A stretch of DNA of 64,000 bases. Source: an uncultured Candidatus Entotheonella sp. GTDB taxonomy: Bacteria; Tectomicrobia; Entotheonellia; Entotheonellales; Entotheonellaceae. The DNA is taken from the NCBI GenBank assembly GCA_965217185.1, contig OZ244252.1:2368001-2432000 (forward strand), read 5' to 3'. The translations under genes were made by a program, and so were the position numbers. The notes below the pieces were generated by a model. It ran no database searches. It was not told where the DNA came from and saw nothing but the letters and a program-made list of their open reading frames with translations. Within the stretch, counting starts at the first letter, position 1. Each line of letters opens with the position of its first letter. Shown piece after piece: positions 28,986 through 39,527 of this stretch.

Positions 28986-30806
28986 TCAGGGGCTCCGCAG
29001 CGGGTCCCTGAGGCTGCGCACGAATCGGATGATCTGCCAGCGTTCGGTGTCCGACAACGTGTGCTCGAAGCCGGGCATCGCCGTTCCCGCCATGCCATAC
29101 GTCAGCCACCAGAAAATATCGCCGTCGGTGTGATCGTCGACATGCTCCGCCGTCAGGTCGGCAGGGGGTGCGTCGAGCGCCGCGGCTGCCGGGCCGTCGC
29201 CGTGGCCTGCGGGGCCGTGGCAGGGCATGCAGTGCGTGCTGAACAGGGCCGCCCCTTGTTCCAGCACAGCGGGGCCAGACGGCAATGGGTTGACCACGTA
29301 GGACGTGGGATAGGCGTCAACGAGCACAACGCGCAGGCAGAGCGCCGCGCCACAGGCGAAAAGCGCCAAGCCGACGGGAGCCGACCACAGCGGCAGTCGG
29401 CGGCGCTGGCTGGCCCACAGCATGAAGACGGCCAAGGCGCTCAGCAGCACGCCAAGCACGCACGAGAAGATGGTCAGTGGGGAAACCAGCATGGCGGCCG
29501 GTTCGAGGCGGCGCAGGCGCCCGAGATCGAGCGCCCCGGTGTCGGCGGTAAAATCCACCGTGGTGCGCAGGGCGGCGGACTCGGGCGGCTGAACGGTCAC
29601 CTGCACCTGCCAATCTCCGGCCATGGAGACCAGACCCGCGGCAGTGTAGCGTCCGGGGCCGACGGGATCGGCGGTCATGTCCGACAAGCCCATGTCGTGA
29701 TCGACCATGCGCATGTACAACGAGACGGTGCTGGCGGTCGGCACGGGTTGGCCGTTTCGTGCCGACATGGTGACGTCAAACGCCACGCCGCCGATATCGT
29801 TCGTCGGTGACATGGCGAGGTGCATCTCCAGGGGCCCCACGCGTCGCTGCCAGTCCTGGTGCGCGATGTGCCCAGGCCGCTCGGCGGGCGTGTAGGTGGT
29901 GAGCACACCGGCCAGCACCATACCGCACAGAATGAGGCCGGCCTCGATCTGCACCAGAACCTGCAGGTGACGGACGTTGCGCGCGGCGCTGTCGGGCGCA
30001 AAACGCCGCGCCTGCCGGGTCAGCGCCGGGCTGATGATGAGGAGGTGCGCACCGGCGATGCCCAAGGCGAGTGTAAAGGCAATCAGTTTGCCCAGCAGGG
30101 CGCGCCCATAGGGGGTGATGGTGAGCGCTTCGGGTCCGTAGACGTGCAGGTAGGTGGCAATGGCGCCCGTGGTGGCCATTGCCAGCGTGGCGCCAAGCGC
30201 CAGCGCCGAAAAACGCCGCACGAGCCGGCCGATGAGGCGCGTGTGATGGACGAGACCGCCGCGTAGCATGCCCCAAGGCAGGACGGCGAAGGACAGCAAG
30301 CCGCCGCCCCAAACGACCGCTGCCAAGACGTGCACGATATCACTGATGAACGGGATGACATCGGCTCGCGCCGCCGCGTGGCTGGTGAGGCTGACCGCAC
30401 CCACGAGCGCCAGCCCGACAGCGCCTGTGCACGCCATCCCGATTTTGGAGATGCGATGCTGCGTCAGCACGAACAGGGCGGCAAACAGTGGTGCAAGGAC
30501 CGTCTTGAGCAAGCCCATCTGCCCATAGCGCGACGCCGTCAGAAACAGCCACACGTCCGCCGGCACGGATATATCGACCACCTCGCCCGCTGCTCGCACC
30601 GCTTCCGCAAGCCCGGACAGCGCGAACAGGATGGCGCCGCCAATAACCCCGAGCCGGAAGCGCTTCGCGGCTCGCGCGGCGGTAGCATCGTCAGCGCCGC
30701 CGTACACCGGCCGCCACACCGCCAGCCAGAACACCACGCCGCCGCCCAACGCCATGAACGCGGCAAAATGAACGGCTTTCAGAGCGGCGTACATGGTAGG
30801 TAGCAT
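28986..30806 (-). CDS. CopD-family membrane protein fused to YtkA/FixH-like and cytochrome c domains
   Basis: SLTSHAAA, HVLAAVVWGGGL, YGRALLGK; MVDHDMG...SMAGDWQVQV; CMPCHG haem motif. Confidence 0.85.
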   Translation of the reverse strand: MLPTMYAALKAVHFAAFMALGGGVVFWLAVWRPVYGGADDATAARAAKRFRLGVIGGAILFALSGLAEAVRAAGEVVDISVPADVWLFLTASRYGQMGLLKTVLAPLFAALFVLTQHRISKIGMACTGAVGLALVGAVSLTSHAAARADVIPFISDIVHVLAAVVWGGGLLSFAVLPWGMLRGGLVHHTRLIGRLVRRFSALALGATLAMATTGAIATYLHVYGPEALTITPYGRALLGKLIAFTLALGIAGAHLLIISPALTRQARRFAPDSAARNVRHLQVLVQIEAGLILCGMVLAGVLTTYTPAERPGHIAHQDWQRRVGPLEMHLAMSPTNDIGGVAFDVTMSARNGQPVPTASTVSLYMRMVDHDMGLSDMTADPVGPGRYTAAGLVSMAGDWQVQVTVQPPESAALRTTVDFTADTGALDLGRLRRLEPAAMLVSPLTIFSCVLGVLLSALAVFMLWASQRRRLPLWSAPVGLALFACGAALCLRVVLVDAYPTSYVVNPLPSGPAVLEQGAALFSTHCMPCHGPAGHGDGPAAAALDAPPADLTAEHVDDHTDGDIFWWLTYGMAGTAMPGFEHTLSDTERWQIIRFVRSLRDPLRSP

Positions 30807-31048
30807 TTGCCAGAGTTGTCATGTCTGCAATGGAGCATTGGAAGCACCTCACCCGTAAAGACACGGCTCCCCCCGGTCCTGTCAAGCGCGGGGTATCGAT
30901 GTAATAATGCCTGAACGATGCGGGGTCCGTTCAGGGTCTGGTACATTTAGTCCTGTCTTCAAATTGAAACGTTCGACGCGGGCGCTCGTTTTTTCTGTTC
31001 GGTCTCATCCTCAACATACTGCGCCGGTACGAACAGGTTCTGGAAACG

Positions 31049-32517
31049 ATGACTGTCAGTCAAAACCCGGATTACTATCTTGGCCTTGTGCGTGAACTGT
31101 GCAAACTGCCGCATGAGACTGGGTGGGTTGAGTTCAAGGTCAATAACAGCGACCCACAGGCTATCGGAGAATACATCTCTGCGCTTGCCAACACAGCAGC
31201 TTTACACGGTCAGGCCCATGCGTACATGCTGTGGGGCATTGACAACGGGACGCATGACGTCGTCGGCACACTCTTTTCCCCGGCCACAAAGAGGAAAGAA
31301 AACGAGCCGCTTGAGACTTGGCTGCTACGTCTTCTGAAACCTCGTGTCGCCTTCCGATTCCATGAAGTCCTGGGCAACGAGCATCACGTCATCCTCCTGG
31401 AAATTGATCCTGCAAGGCGATACCCCGTCGCGTTCTCGGACGTCGAATTCATCTGCGTGGGCAGTGTGAAGAAAAAAACTCAAAGGTTTCCCCGAAAAAG
31501 AACAGGCGCTGTGGCAGGTATTCAACACCGTTATGTTCGAGGATGGCATCGCGGCAGAACGGATGAGTGCCGAGGATGTGCTGCTCACACTCGACTATCC
31601 GGCGTATTTCGCCTTGCTCAATGCACCGCTGCCAGATGGCCACGCGGCTATTCTCAATGCCTTGCAGCGGGACCGGCTGATCAGACCTTGCGAGGCAGGC
31701 GGCTTCGACGTCATGAACCTCGGCGCGATATTGTTTGCGAAACGGCTTGACGACTTCTCGGGGCTAAAACGTAAAGCGGCACGGGTAATCCAATATCGCG
31801 GCACCGGCCGCACGGAGACGATCAAGGAACAAGAGGGTAACCGAGGTTACGCCAGCGAATTTGAGGGTCTGGTCGCCTACGTCAATGCGGCGTTGCCTGC
31901 AAACGAGGTCGTCAGACAAGCGCTACGCGAGACGGTGCCGATGTACCCCGAAATAGCGGTGCGCGAGCTTGGTAGCCAACGCCCTCATTCACCAGGACTT
32001 CCTGATGACCGGGGCCGGGCCGATGGTAGAGATATTCGATGACCGCATTGAAATCACGAATCCCGGTGAGCCGCTGGTGGACACGCAGCGTTTCGTAGAT
32101 ACCCCACCGTGGTCTCGAAATGAAGCGCTTGCTTCGCTCATGCGTCGATTCGGAATCTGTGAGGAGCGAGGCAGTGGGATTGACAAGGTTGTCTTTCAAG
32201 CAGAGTTTTACCAGCTACCCGCACCACTTTTTGAAGCACCAAAAGGTTTCACGCGCACAGTCTTGTTTGCACCTAAGACACTGGGCAGCATGGACGAAAC
32301 GGAACGGGTGCGGGCCTGCTATTTGCACGCTTGTCTGAAGCGCGTGATGCAAGACTACCTGACCAACGCATCCCTGAGGGAACGGTTCGGTATCAAAGCC
32401 AACAACAGGGCCATTGCGTCACGCTACATCAGAGAAGCGGTCGATACGGGTATGATCAAGCCATTCGACGAATATGCCGGCAAAAGGATGATGAAATACA
32501 TTCCCTTTTGGGCTTGA
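31049..32517 (+). pseudogene. Second Schlafen/AlbA_2 + HATPase_c_4 protein, two +1 frameshifts
   Basis: ETGWVEFK, ISALAN, WGID; continues across the A7 run (31472-31478) and a shift near 31971 into VANALIHQDF, CEERGSGIDK, YIPFWA. Confidence 0.8.
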
Positions 32518-32737
32518 TTTCAGTCTTTCCGCTTATTGACAGATAACATGAAAATTGCGGCTGATTGCCTGCAAGCTGTTCAATACAAAGGCATTTTTTA
32601 ATTGACGGGTAATTGATGGAAAAGCGTTGATGGGCGTATCAAGGAAGGTCTATACGTCTTAAGACCCAATCATCGTATGCCTGACTCAGAATCGGCGCCG
32701 TGTGGCCGATGCAAGTTCAGAGGACTCACCAAACCCT

Positions 32738-33322
32738 ATGACCCGTTTCCTGAAGTACCTGTTCCCCGCACTTGGCATGGCGCTCAGCCTCGTCCTGGCC
32801 GCTTGCAACGCACCCTCCGACTCAAGTGACGGCACCAGTCCCACCGGCACCCTGGAAATCCACCTCACCGACCACCGCGAGGCCATCGGCGATTTCGCCC
32901 GCCTCGGCGTGGAAATCGACACGGTGCGTCTGCATCCGAAGCGGCTTCTGTCGCTGCGCAAGTCCGACTGGCTCGACCTGCAGCCTATCGTGGCCAGCGT
33001 CGACCTGACGCAAGTCACCGAAAAGCGCACCATCGCGGTGTGGCGCGGTGAGCTGCCAACCGGGCGCTTCGAAGCCGTTCACCTCAAGCTCCAAGGCGCC
33101 GGCGGTGAGCTTAAAGAATCAGCCGAAACCGTGCCTGTGGCCGACGAAGCGCGGCCCATCCGCCTGCCGTTCGACATCCGCCCGAACGACGCAACCCGCA
33201 TCGTCGTCGATCTCGTTGTCCTCGACATGAGCGACCACCCGAACCGCGGCTACGAGGTGCACGTGCGCGGCTACGAGCTTTACTACAACGACGCCCTGGC
33301 CGACAAGGTGCCGCCGGGGTAA
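32738..33322 (+). CDS. DUF4382-like lipoprotein
   Basis: Lipobox VLAAC; GTLEIHLTD; start codon uncertain. Confidence 0.65.
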   Translation: MTRFLKYLFPALGMALSLVLAACNAPSDSSDGTSPTGTLEIHLTDHREAIGDFARLGVEIDTVRLHPKRLLSLRKSDWLDLQPIVASVDLTQVTEKRTIAVWRGELPTGRFEAVHLKLQGAGGELKESAETVPVADEARPIRLPFDIRPNDATRIVVDLVVLDMSDHPNRGYEVHVRGYELYYNDALADKVPPG

Positions 33323-33351
33323 ACCGTCAACCGCTGCCGTGGAGACAGGGA

Positions 33352-33981
33352 ATGCAACGTTTTTGGGCACCGTTGCTCATCGTAGTCGTCGGCGCGGTGA
33401 GCCTCTATCTGTGGGCGGATCTGTTCCGCTTTGCCGGGCAGCAGTCCGCGCCCGCGCTGGAGCCGCTTGATACGCTGCCGGCCTTTGAACTGGTCGAGCG
33501 CCGCCAGGTGCCGTTGCGCCTCGACGATTTGCGCGGCAAGGTGTGGGTGGCGGACTTCATGTACACGTCGTGCGTCGAGATGTGCCCATTGCAGAGCGCC
33601 GAGATGGCGCGTTTGCAGACGGCATTCGCCGACTACGCGGACCTGCGGCTGGTGTCGATCAGCGTCGATCCCGAACACGACACGCCCGCGGTGTTGTCCG
33701 CCTACGCCGAGAAATTTCAGGCCGACCCCGAGCGCTGGCTCTTCGCCACCGGCGAGCCGGACGCCGTCGCCCGCCTGGCGCAGGAGGGCTTCCGGCTCAG
33801 CGCCGCGTCGTACGTGTCCGGGGAAGACGGCGAGGACTACACGTTTATTCACAGCAACCGCTTCGTCCTGGTCGACCGCCAGGGCCGCATTCGCGGTTAT
33901 TATCGAAGCACGGACCCCGACGACCTGGTGCGGCTGCGGCGTGATCTCACGGTGCTGCTGCAACAGGTCGCCGCGTCATGA
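33352..33981 (+). CDS. SCO1/SenC copper chaperone
   Basis: YTSCVEMCP (CxxxCP), ISVDPEHDTP, IHS. Confidence 0.92.
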   Translation: MQRFWAPLLIVVVGAVSLYLWADLFRFAGQQSAPALEPLDTLPAFELVERRQVPLRLDDLRGKVWVADFMYTSCVEMCPLQSAEMARLQTAFADYADLRLVSISVDPEHDTPAVLSAYAEKFQADPERWLFATGEPDAVARLAQEGFRLSAASYVSGEDGEDYTFIHSNRFVLVDRQGRIRGYYRSTDPDDLVRLRRDLTVLLQQVAAS

Positions 33982-34014
33982 GCCGCCTCACATAGGCGGC
34001 GATGAGGAGATGCG

Positions 34015-34524
34015 ATGCAAGCAGAAGAGTTGCGCGCCATGCAAGCGCCAATGAAACAACGCTACCGCGAGGCGCCCGAGTCGGCGGTGATTACGCTGTC
34101 GGCGCGCGGCGATCTGGACGACGGTCTGACGTGCTCGGTGGAAACGGGCAAGGCCCTCGTGCAGGCCGGCTTGCATCCCGCCACCGGCGGCGACGGCCTG
34201 TCGGCGTGCTCCGGCGACATGTTGCTGCAGGCGCTGGTGGCCTGCGCCGGCGTGACCCTGCGGGCGGTGGCCACGGCGTTGGGCGTGACGCTGCGCGGCG
34301 GCACGCTGGTGGCTGAAGGGGAGTTGGATTTTCGCGGCACCTTGGGCGTGAGCAAGGAAGCGCCGGTGGGGTTTTCGAATATCCGGTTGAACCTCGACCT
34401 CGACACGGACGCCACGCCGGATCAGTTGCGCAGCCTGCTGACGCTGACCGAGCGGTATTGCGTGGTGTATCAGACGCTGCGCAGCCAGCCGGACGTGGCC
34501 GTCAATCTCGTCAATCCTTCCTGA
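34015..34524 (+). CDS. OsmC-family protein
   Basis: CSGDMLLQALVAC, DFRGTLG, TERYCVVYQTL. Confidence 0.9.
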   Translation: MQAEELRAMQAPMKQRYREAPESAVITLSARGDLDDGLTCSVETGKALVQAGLHPATGGDGLSACSGDMLLQALVACAGVTLRAVATALGVTLRGGTLVAEGELDFRGTLGVSKEAPVGFSNIRLNLDLDTDATPDQLRSLLTLTERYCVVYQTLRSQPDVAVNLVNPS

Positions 34525-34528
34525 AACG

Positions 34529-34563
34529 AAAACAGGGGAGCGGCCTGAGCGCCGTTCCCCTGT
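34529..34563. terminator. Hairpin between convergent genes, probable terminator
   Basis: ACAGGGGAGCGGC / GCCGTTCCCCTGT stem with a T-run on the minus strand. Confidence 0.55.
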
Positions 34564-34578
34564 CTCATCATGCGGATT

Positions 34579-34608
34579 GTCGGATTACGCTTCGCCAATC
34601 CGACCTAC
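34579..34608. repeat. REP-like family A copy
   Basis: GTCGGATTACGCTTCGCCAATCCGACCTAC. Confidence 0.85.
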
Positions 34609-34621
34609 ATCAGAAAATGCC

Positions 34622-35515
34622 CTACGCCACGGTCACCTTTGACAAGCCGAGCTCGGCGATGCGGTTGAGCACGATGTCGCGCTCCGCGTCGGTGAGCGGC
34701 AGGCCGGGCGGCCGCGGGTCGCCGCAGTCAATGCCAAGACGCTCGCTGAGCACGGCCTTGATGGTGCCGTGCAGACCGTACGTACGCACGATGTTGGTGA
34801 CGTCGGTGGCGTGGTCCTGGGCGGCCTCGGCGCGCTTCAGATCACCGTCCAGATACGCCTGCCAGATTTCGACCCACAATTCCGGCGCCATGTTGGGCGG
34901 GCCGTCCACGCAGCCACAGGCACCCACGGTGAGGCCGGGCAGCATGAGGGCGCTGTTGCCGACGAAGCACGAGAGGCCCATCTTGGCGAATTCGCGCACG
35001 TTGGTGAAGGTGACGGCGGAGTGCTTCAGCCCGGTGAGTTGCGGTACGCCGTCCTGAATTTTCTTCATCAGGTCGGGCACGATTTCGGTGCCGGTGGCTT
35101 GCGGCAGGTTGTAGACGAACAGCGGCAGGTCGGCGGCCGCGCCCACGACGCGGTAGTGCTCGACGATGGCTTCATCGCTGGGCTTGTAGAAAAAGGGCGG
35201 CACGCAGCAGATGGCTTCGACGCCGGCGCGGGCGGCGTGCTCGGCGAGGCGGGCGGCGCGGGCGGTGGTGGTGGCGCCCACGTGCATGATGTTGGCGATA
35301 CGGCCCTGGGACTGATCGGCGGCGATGGTGGCGATACGCATGTTTTCGTCATCGTCCAGCAGCACGCTCTCACCCGTGCCGCCGGCCACCCAGAAGCCGT
35401 GCACGCCGGCCTGGATGTTGAATTCCATCACTTCCCGAAAGGCCGCCTCGTTCAGCGCCCCTTCCGGGGTCATAGGGGTGATAATGGCAGGGAACACCCC
35501 GCGAAACTTCGTCAT
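34622..35515 (-). CDS. Dihydrodipicolinate synthase / N-acetylneuraminate lyase family protein
   Basis: AIITPM, GGTGE, YNLP, GLKHS (Schiff-base Lys). Confidence 0.9.
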   Translation of the reverse strand: MTKFRGVFPAIITPMTPEGALNEAAFREVMEFNIQAGVHGFWVAGGTGESVLLDDDENMRIATIAADQSQGRIANIMHVGATTTARAARLAEHAARAGVEAICCVPPFFYKPSDEAIVEHYRVVGAAADLPLFVYNLPQATGTEIVPDLMKKIQDGVPQLTGLKHSAVTFTNVREFAKMGLSCFVGNSALMLPGLTVGACGCVDGPPNMAPELWVEIWQAYLDGDLKRAEAAQDHATDVTNIVRTYGLHGTIKAVLSERLGIDCGDPRPPGLPLTDAERDIVLNRIAELGLSKVTVA

Positions 35516-35691
35516 GTGTACGTCTCCCTCGCCCGGCTCTTCGGGCGCTGTGGGTCATGGTGTGAAGCCATCCGCATACGCTTGTCGTGGCTTTGGTAAA
35601 CCTTAGCATACCGGGGTACGGCTATCCACAGGGCGGACGGCTGACGCCTGTCGACCTCTTCCTTCCAATGTAACCAGATAGGGTCTGCGGG

Positions 35692-36144
35692 TTACTGGCC
35701 GTCGCTTTCGGCCACATCGCCCTCATCCGTCGCATTCTTGGTCAGGGTGACGACGTTGCATCCCCTGATGCGCTGGTAGTTGACACTGTCCATGACCTGA
35801 TGCACCAGGAACAGGCCCAGCCGTCCCAAAACCTGGTCTTCAAGGGACGCCTCAAGATCGGGCTCCGGCGCCTGCGACAGGTCGAACGCCTTGCCGTCGT
35901 CCACGATCACCACGATTAACGTCTCTTCTTCCAGACGCACGATGAGCTCGATGCGGCGCGGCTCGTCATCGTCGTACCCGTAGCTGATCGTATTGGTCAG
36001 AATCTCGTCGATGGCCAGGTTGGCCCCATACCCGACCTGCGCCGCCAGGTCGTGCGTGGAGCAGAAGTCGTCGATGCGCGCGGCGACACCGGCGATCTCC
36101 CGTAAATCGCTCACGAGCGAGATTTCAAGGGTGTCATCGTCCAA
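35692..36144 (-). CDS. RsbW-like anti-sigma factor / Ser kinase (HATPase_c_2)
   Basis: LAIDEILTNTISYGY, DDGKAFD, GLFLVHQVMD. Confidence 0.88.
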   Translation of the reverse strand: MDDDTLEISLVSDLREIAGVAARIDDFCSTHDLAAQVGYGANLAIDEILTNTISYGYDDDEPRRIELIVRLEEETLIVVIVDDGKAFDLSQAPEPDLEASLEDQVLGRLGLFLVHQVMDSVNYQRIRGCNVVTLTKNATDEGDVAESDGQ

Positions 36145-36157
36145 AGCTTTCTCCCTT

Positions 36158-37510
36158 TCACTCCTCGCGCAGGGAACGCTGGAAAAAGTCCGTCAGCGGC
36201 TTGGCGAAATAGCTGATCAGCAAGCGCTCCCCGGTGCGGATGTGCACCTCCACCGGCATGCCGGGCGTCAGCGCCAGGCCGCCGGCCAAGCGGCGTGAAT
36301 CCGGCTCTGCGGCTTGCGCGCCCGTTGGGCCGGGTTCGACCAGGTCGCCGATGGCAAGCTCGACCTCGTACCAAGACAGGCCGCTCTCGGCATCGCGCAC
36401 GGTGTCCGCCGACACCCGCACCACGTGCCCCTCGAACTCCGGCGTCAACCGCGCCGGAAAGGCCGAAAACCGCAGCCGCGCCTCCTGCCCCGGATACACC
36501 TGGTCCACGTGGATCGGATTGAGCCGCGCCATCACCACCAGGCTCGCGCCCTCCGGCACGATCTGCAGGATCGGCTCACCCGGACGCACCACCTCGCGCG
36601 GTGCAAACACGGTCATGCCGAAGACCGTGCCCGCCACCGGCGCCCGCACCTCCATGCGCCCCAGACGGTCGCGCATCGAGGCAAGCTGCTCGATCACCTG
36701 GTTCTCTCTCGCCCGCGTGTCGCGCGCCTTTTCCTCCGCCTCCTCGATGCGGCGCGCGTCCACCTGCAGAATCTGAATCTCGAACTCGGCAATCTGGCTT
36801 CGGACACGGGCAATCGCCGCGGCTGTCGTCCCCGCCATGCCCTCAAGATTCTTCGCGGCGCGCTCCAGTGCCAGGAGCCGCTCAAGCCGTGTCAAGCCGC
36901 GCTCGGACAGTTCGCGGTGCGCCGCCAGCTCGCGCCCGATCAGTACACTCTGTTCTTCCAAAGAGACCGCCCGTGCCTCAAGCCCGGCGATCTCCTCGCG
37001 CGCCTGTCCGATACGCTCACGCAACCTGGCCACCTCGCCGTCGCGGGCCGCCCGCCGGGCCTGGAAGAGGCGTTCCTGACCGTCAAGGATGTCCTGCACG
37101 TTCGGGTCGACTGCTGCCAGAACGTCCAGCGCGGCGTCCCAGACGATGGCGTCGGCGCCCCGGAATTCCGCCTCCAGGCGGTTGCGCCGCGCCGCCAATT
37201 CAGCGTAGTGCGCCTCAAGAATTGAAACCTCCGAACGCAACAGGCCGTCGCTGAAGCGCAGCAGCACGTCGTCCTGAGCCACTGTGTCGCCATCACGTAC
37301 CCGGATGTCGCTCACCGTGCCGCCGTCGATGTGCTCGACCACCTGGTTATGGGTCTCGACCACCACTTGCCCCGTGGCGATGACGGCGCCCGACACCGAG
37401 GCGAAAACGCTCCAACCGACCAAGCCGCCCACCAGAAGCGTCAGCCCCCCGAACCCGAAAAGCAGCGCCCGGCTCGCCGAGTACCGCGTTGCAGACACCC
37501 GCTCCGTCAT
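36158..37510 (-). CDS. HlyD/PrtE-family type I secretion membrane fusion protein
   Basis: Single N-terminal TM, VEHIDGG, coiled coil, VRAPVAGTV, LTPGMPVEVHIRTGER. Confidence 0.93.
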   Translation of the reverse strand: MTERVSATRYSASRALLFGFGGLTLLVGGLVGWSVFASVSGAVIATGQVVVETHNQVVEHIDGGTVSDIRVRDGDTVAQDDVLLRFSDGLLRSEVSILEAHYAELAARRNRLEAEFRGADAIVWDAALDVLAAVDPNVQDILDGQERLFQARRAARDGEVARLRERIGQAREEIAGLEARAVSLEEQSVLIGRELAAHRELSERGLTRLERLLALERAAKNLEGMAGTTAAAIARVRSQIAEFEIQILQVDARRIEEAEEKARDTRARENQVIEQLASMRDRLGRMEVRAPVAGTVFGMTVFAPREVVRPGEPILQIVPEGASLVVMARLNPIHVDQVYPGQEARLRFSAFPARLTPEFEGHVVRVSADTVRDAESGLSWYEVELAIGDLVEPGPTGAQAAEPDSRRLAGGLALTPGMPVEVHIRTGERLLISYFAKPLTDFFQRSLREE

Positions 37511-39428
37511 GAGGTGGCGTCCTGATCCAACCGTGGGGTGGAACCTGTGCCGTTGCCGCTCGGCTCGGTGGGTGGTTGTGCCTGCTCACGCGGGCCTGCG
37601 GCAGAGCGCGGGCCGGTAACCCGCTCGATGGCGCCGGCGATCTGGCTGTCCAAGGTCACTTTGGCAGCAGTTCGCTTGACAGCCGGCGGGCCTTTGCGCA
37701 CGGGCTGCGGCTGCTTCGGCGACTCGCTCGTCCGCTTCTGTCCACCGCCTGCCTGCAGCGAGCGCACAGGCCCTGCCCCGCCGCGCCCGTGGGCGGCCGG
37801 CACCGGACGCCCGTTCTCCATGATGTAGACCGTGTTGCACTGCGCGAAGGCGCCATGGCGGTGTGCCACGATCACCACGGCGCCGCCGCGCTTCTTGTGG
37901 CCCTCGACCGCCAGCGTCAGCGCCCTCGTGCCGTCCGCATCCAGGTTGGAATCGGACTCGTCCATGACCACCACGACGGGCGAGCCATAGAAGGCCCGTG
38001 CCAGGCCGATACGCTGACGCTGCCCACCCGACAAGGCCGCGCCGCCCGCCGACACCTGGGAGTCATAGCCGTTCGACAGTCCCAGGATCATCTCGTGCGC
38101 CCCGGCGCGCTTCGCCGCCTCGATGATGGCCGTGTCGTCCGGAACCGGTGATAGGCGGGCAATGTTTTCGGCAATGGTGCCGTCGAACAGCACCACCTCC
38201 TACGGCAGATAGCCGACGTGGCGCCCGAGGTCCGTGCCGTATTGGTCCAACTCCGCGCCGTCCAATCGCACGGCGCCGCCGATCGGCTTCCACACCCCGG
38301 CGAGGGCGCGCGCCAGTGTCGACTTGCCCGAGGCCGACGGCCCGGCGATGCCCGCCGCCTGCCCGGGCTCCAGACGAAACGAGGCGCCGCTACCCGCGCT
38401 CCCGGCGCCGCCACCGTCAGGCTCTGCGCCTCCAGGATGGCGCGCGGTGCCGGCAGCGCCGTATGGGGCTCTTCCGGCGGCGTTTCCGTCAGCAACGCCG
38501 CCAGCGAACGCCGCGCCGCCAGGGCGCGCTGCAGAATCGGCCAGTAGCCGACCGCCTGATCGATCGGCGCCAGGGCGCGGCCCAGCAGGATCGACGACGC
38601 GATCATCACGCCGGGCGTCACCTCGCCCAGAATCGCCAGCCAAGCGCCGAGTCCCAGCATCATGGATTGCAGAAAGAGGCGCAGCGTTCTCGACACCACG
38701 GTGAAGAAACCGCCCCGGTCCGAGGCCGCCAGGGTACGGTCGAGCAGCACGTCGCGCAGGGCGCCGGCACGCGCCACCACGGCGTCGTACATGCCGAGGC
38801 CGCGCACGGTTTCGCCGCCCGCCCGCATCTGCTCGATGAAGTACCCGGAGCGGATGGACGCCTCCGCCACCTCGCGTTGCAGGCTGGCGGTGCCGGCCTG
38901 GTTGAGGAAGGCGATGAGGATGAGCAGGCAGCCGGAGAAGACGGCCAGGAGGCCGAGCAGCCAGTGGAAGGAGAAAAGGGCGAACAGGAATACCGGCGTC
39001 CACGGCGCGTCGAAGACGGCGAAGGGTCCCGAGCCCGATGCGAAGCGCTGGATGGCTTCCAGGTCGCGCAGGCCGGTGGCGGGTCGGGTACGGTCGGCAG
39101 GGGAGATGGAGCGGATCAGGATGGCCCGCAGCACACGCGAGTCGAGGCGCGCCTGCAACCGCGCCCCAGCGCGCGCCAGAACCCGCCCCCGCGCATGGTC
39201 GAGGACGCCCGTCATCAGATAGAGGAAGGCGACGATGGCGGCGAGGGTGACCAGAGTGGCCTCGGAGCGCGAGGTCAGCACCCGGTCGTAGACCTGCAGC
39301 ATGAAGAGCGGACCGGTGAGCATCAGCAGGTTGACGGCCATGCTGAACAGGGCGCAGGCAGCAAACAGCCGGCGGCTTTCGGCCAGCGCTGCCCGGAGTT
39401 CCCGGTTGCCGTTGGAGTTTTCCGCCAT
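37507..39428 (-). pseudogene. PrtD/AprD-family type I secretion ABC transporter with a frameshift and an amber stop
   Basis: NLLMLTGPLFMLQVYDRV, FDAPW, ILLGRALAP; frameshift near 38385 before GPSASGKST; YLP*EVVLF (TAG 38200-38202 where Gln is expected); LSGGQRQR. Confidence 0.88.
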
Positions 39429-39527
39429 CGGACAGGTTCCTTACGGATTCGACGGCGAATTCCGCATTTCCAGGCGGACTTGGCAAGCAAACCCGCCTCG
39501 GTTAACCAAACACCCCGTCCGGGGGCT

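Noticed and set aside
11774..38202. In-frame TAG codons as recoding (pyrrolysine or alternative code)
   Set aside because: They replace different expected residues (Tyr, Gln), occur in genes with other lesions, and TAG ends many intact genes here.
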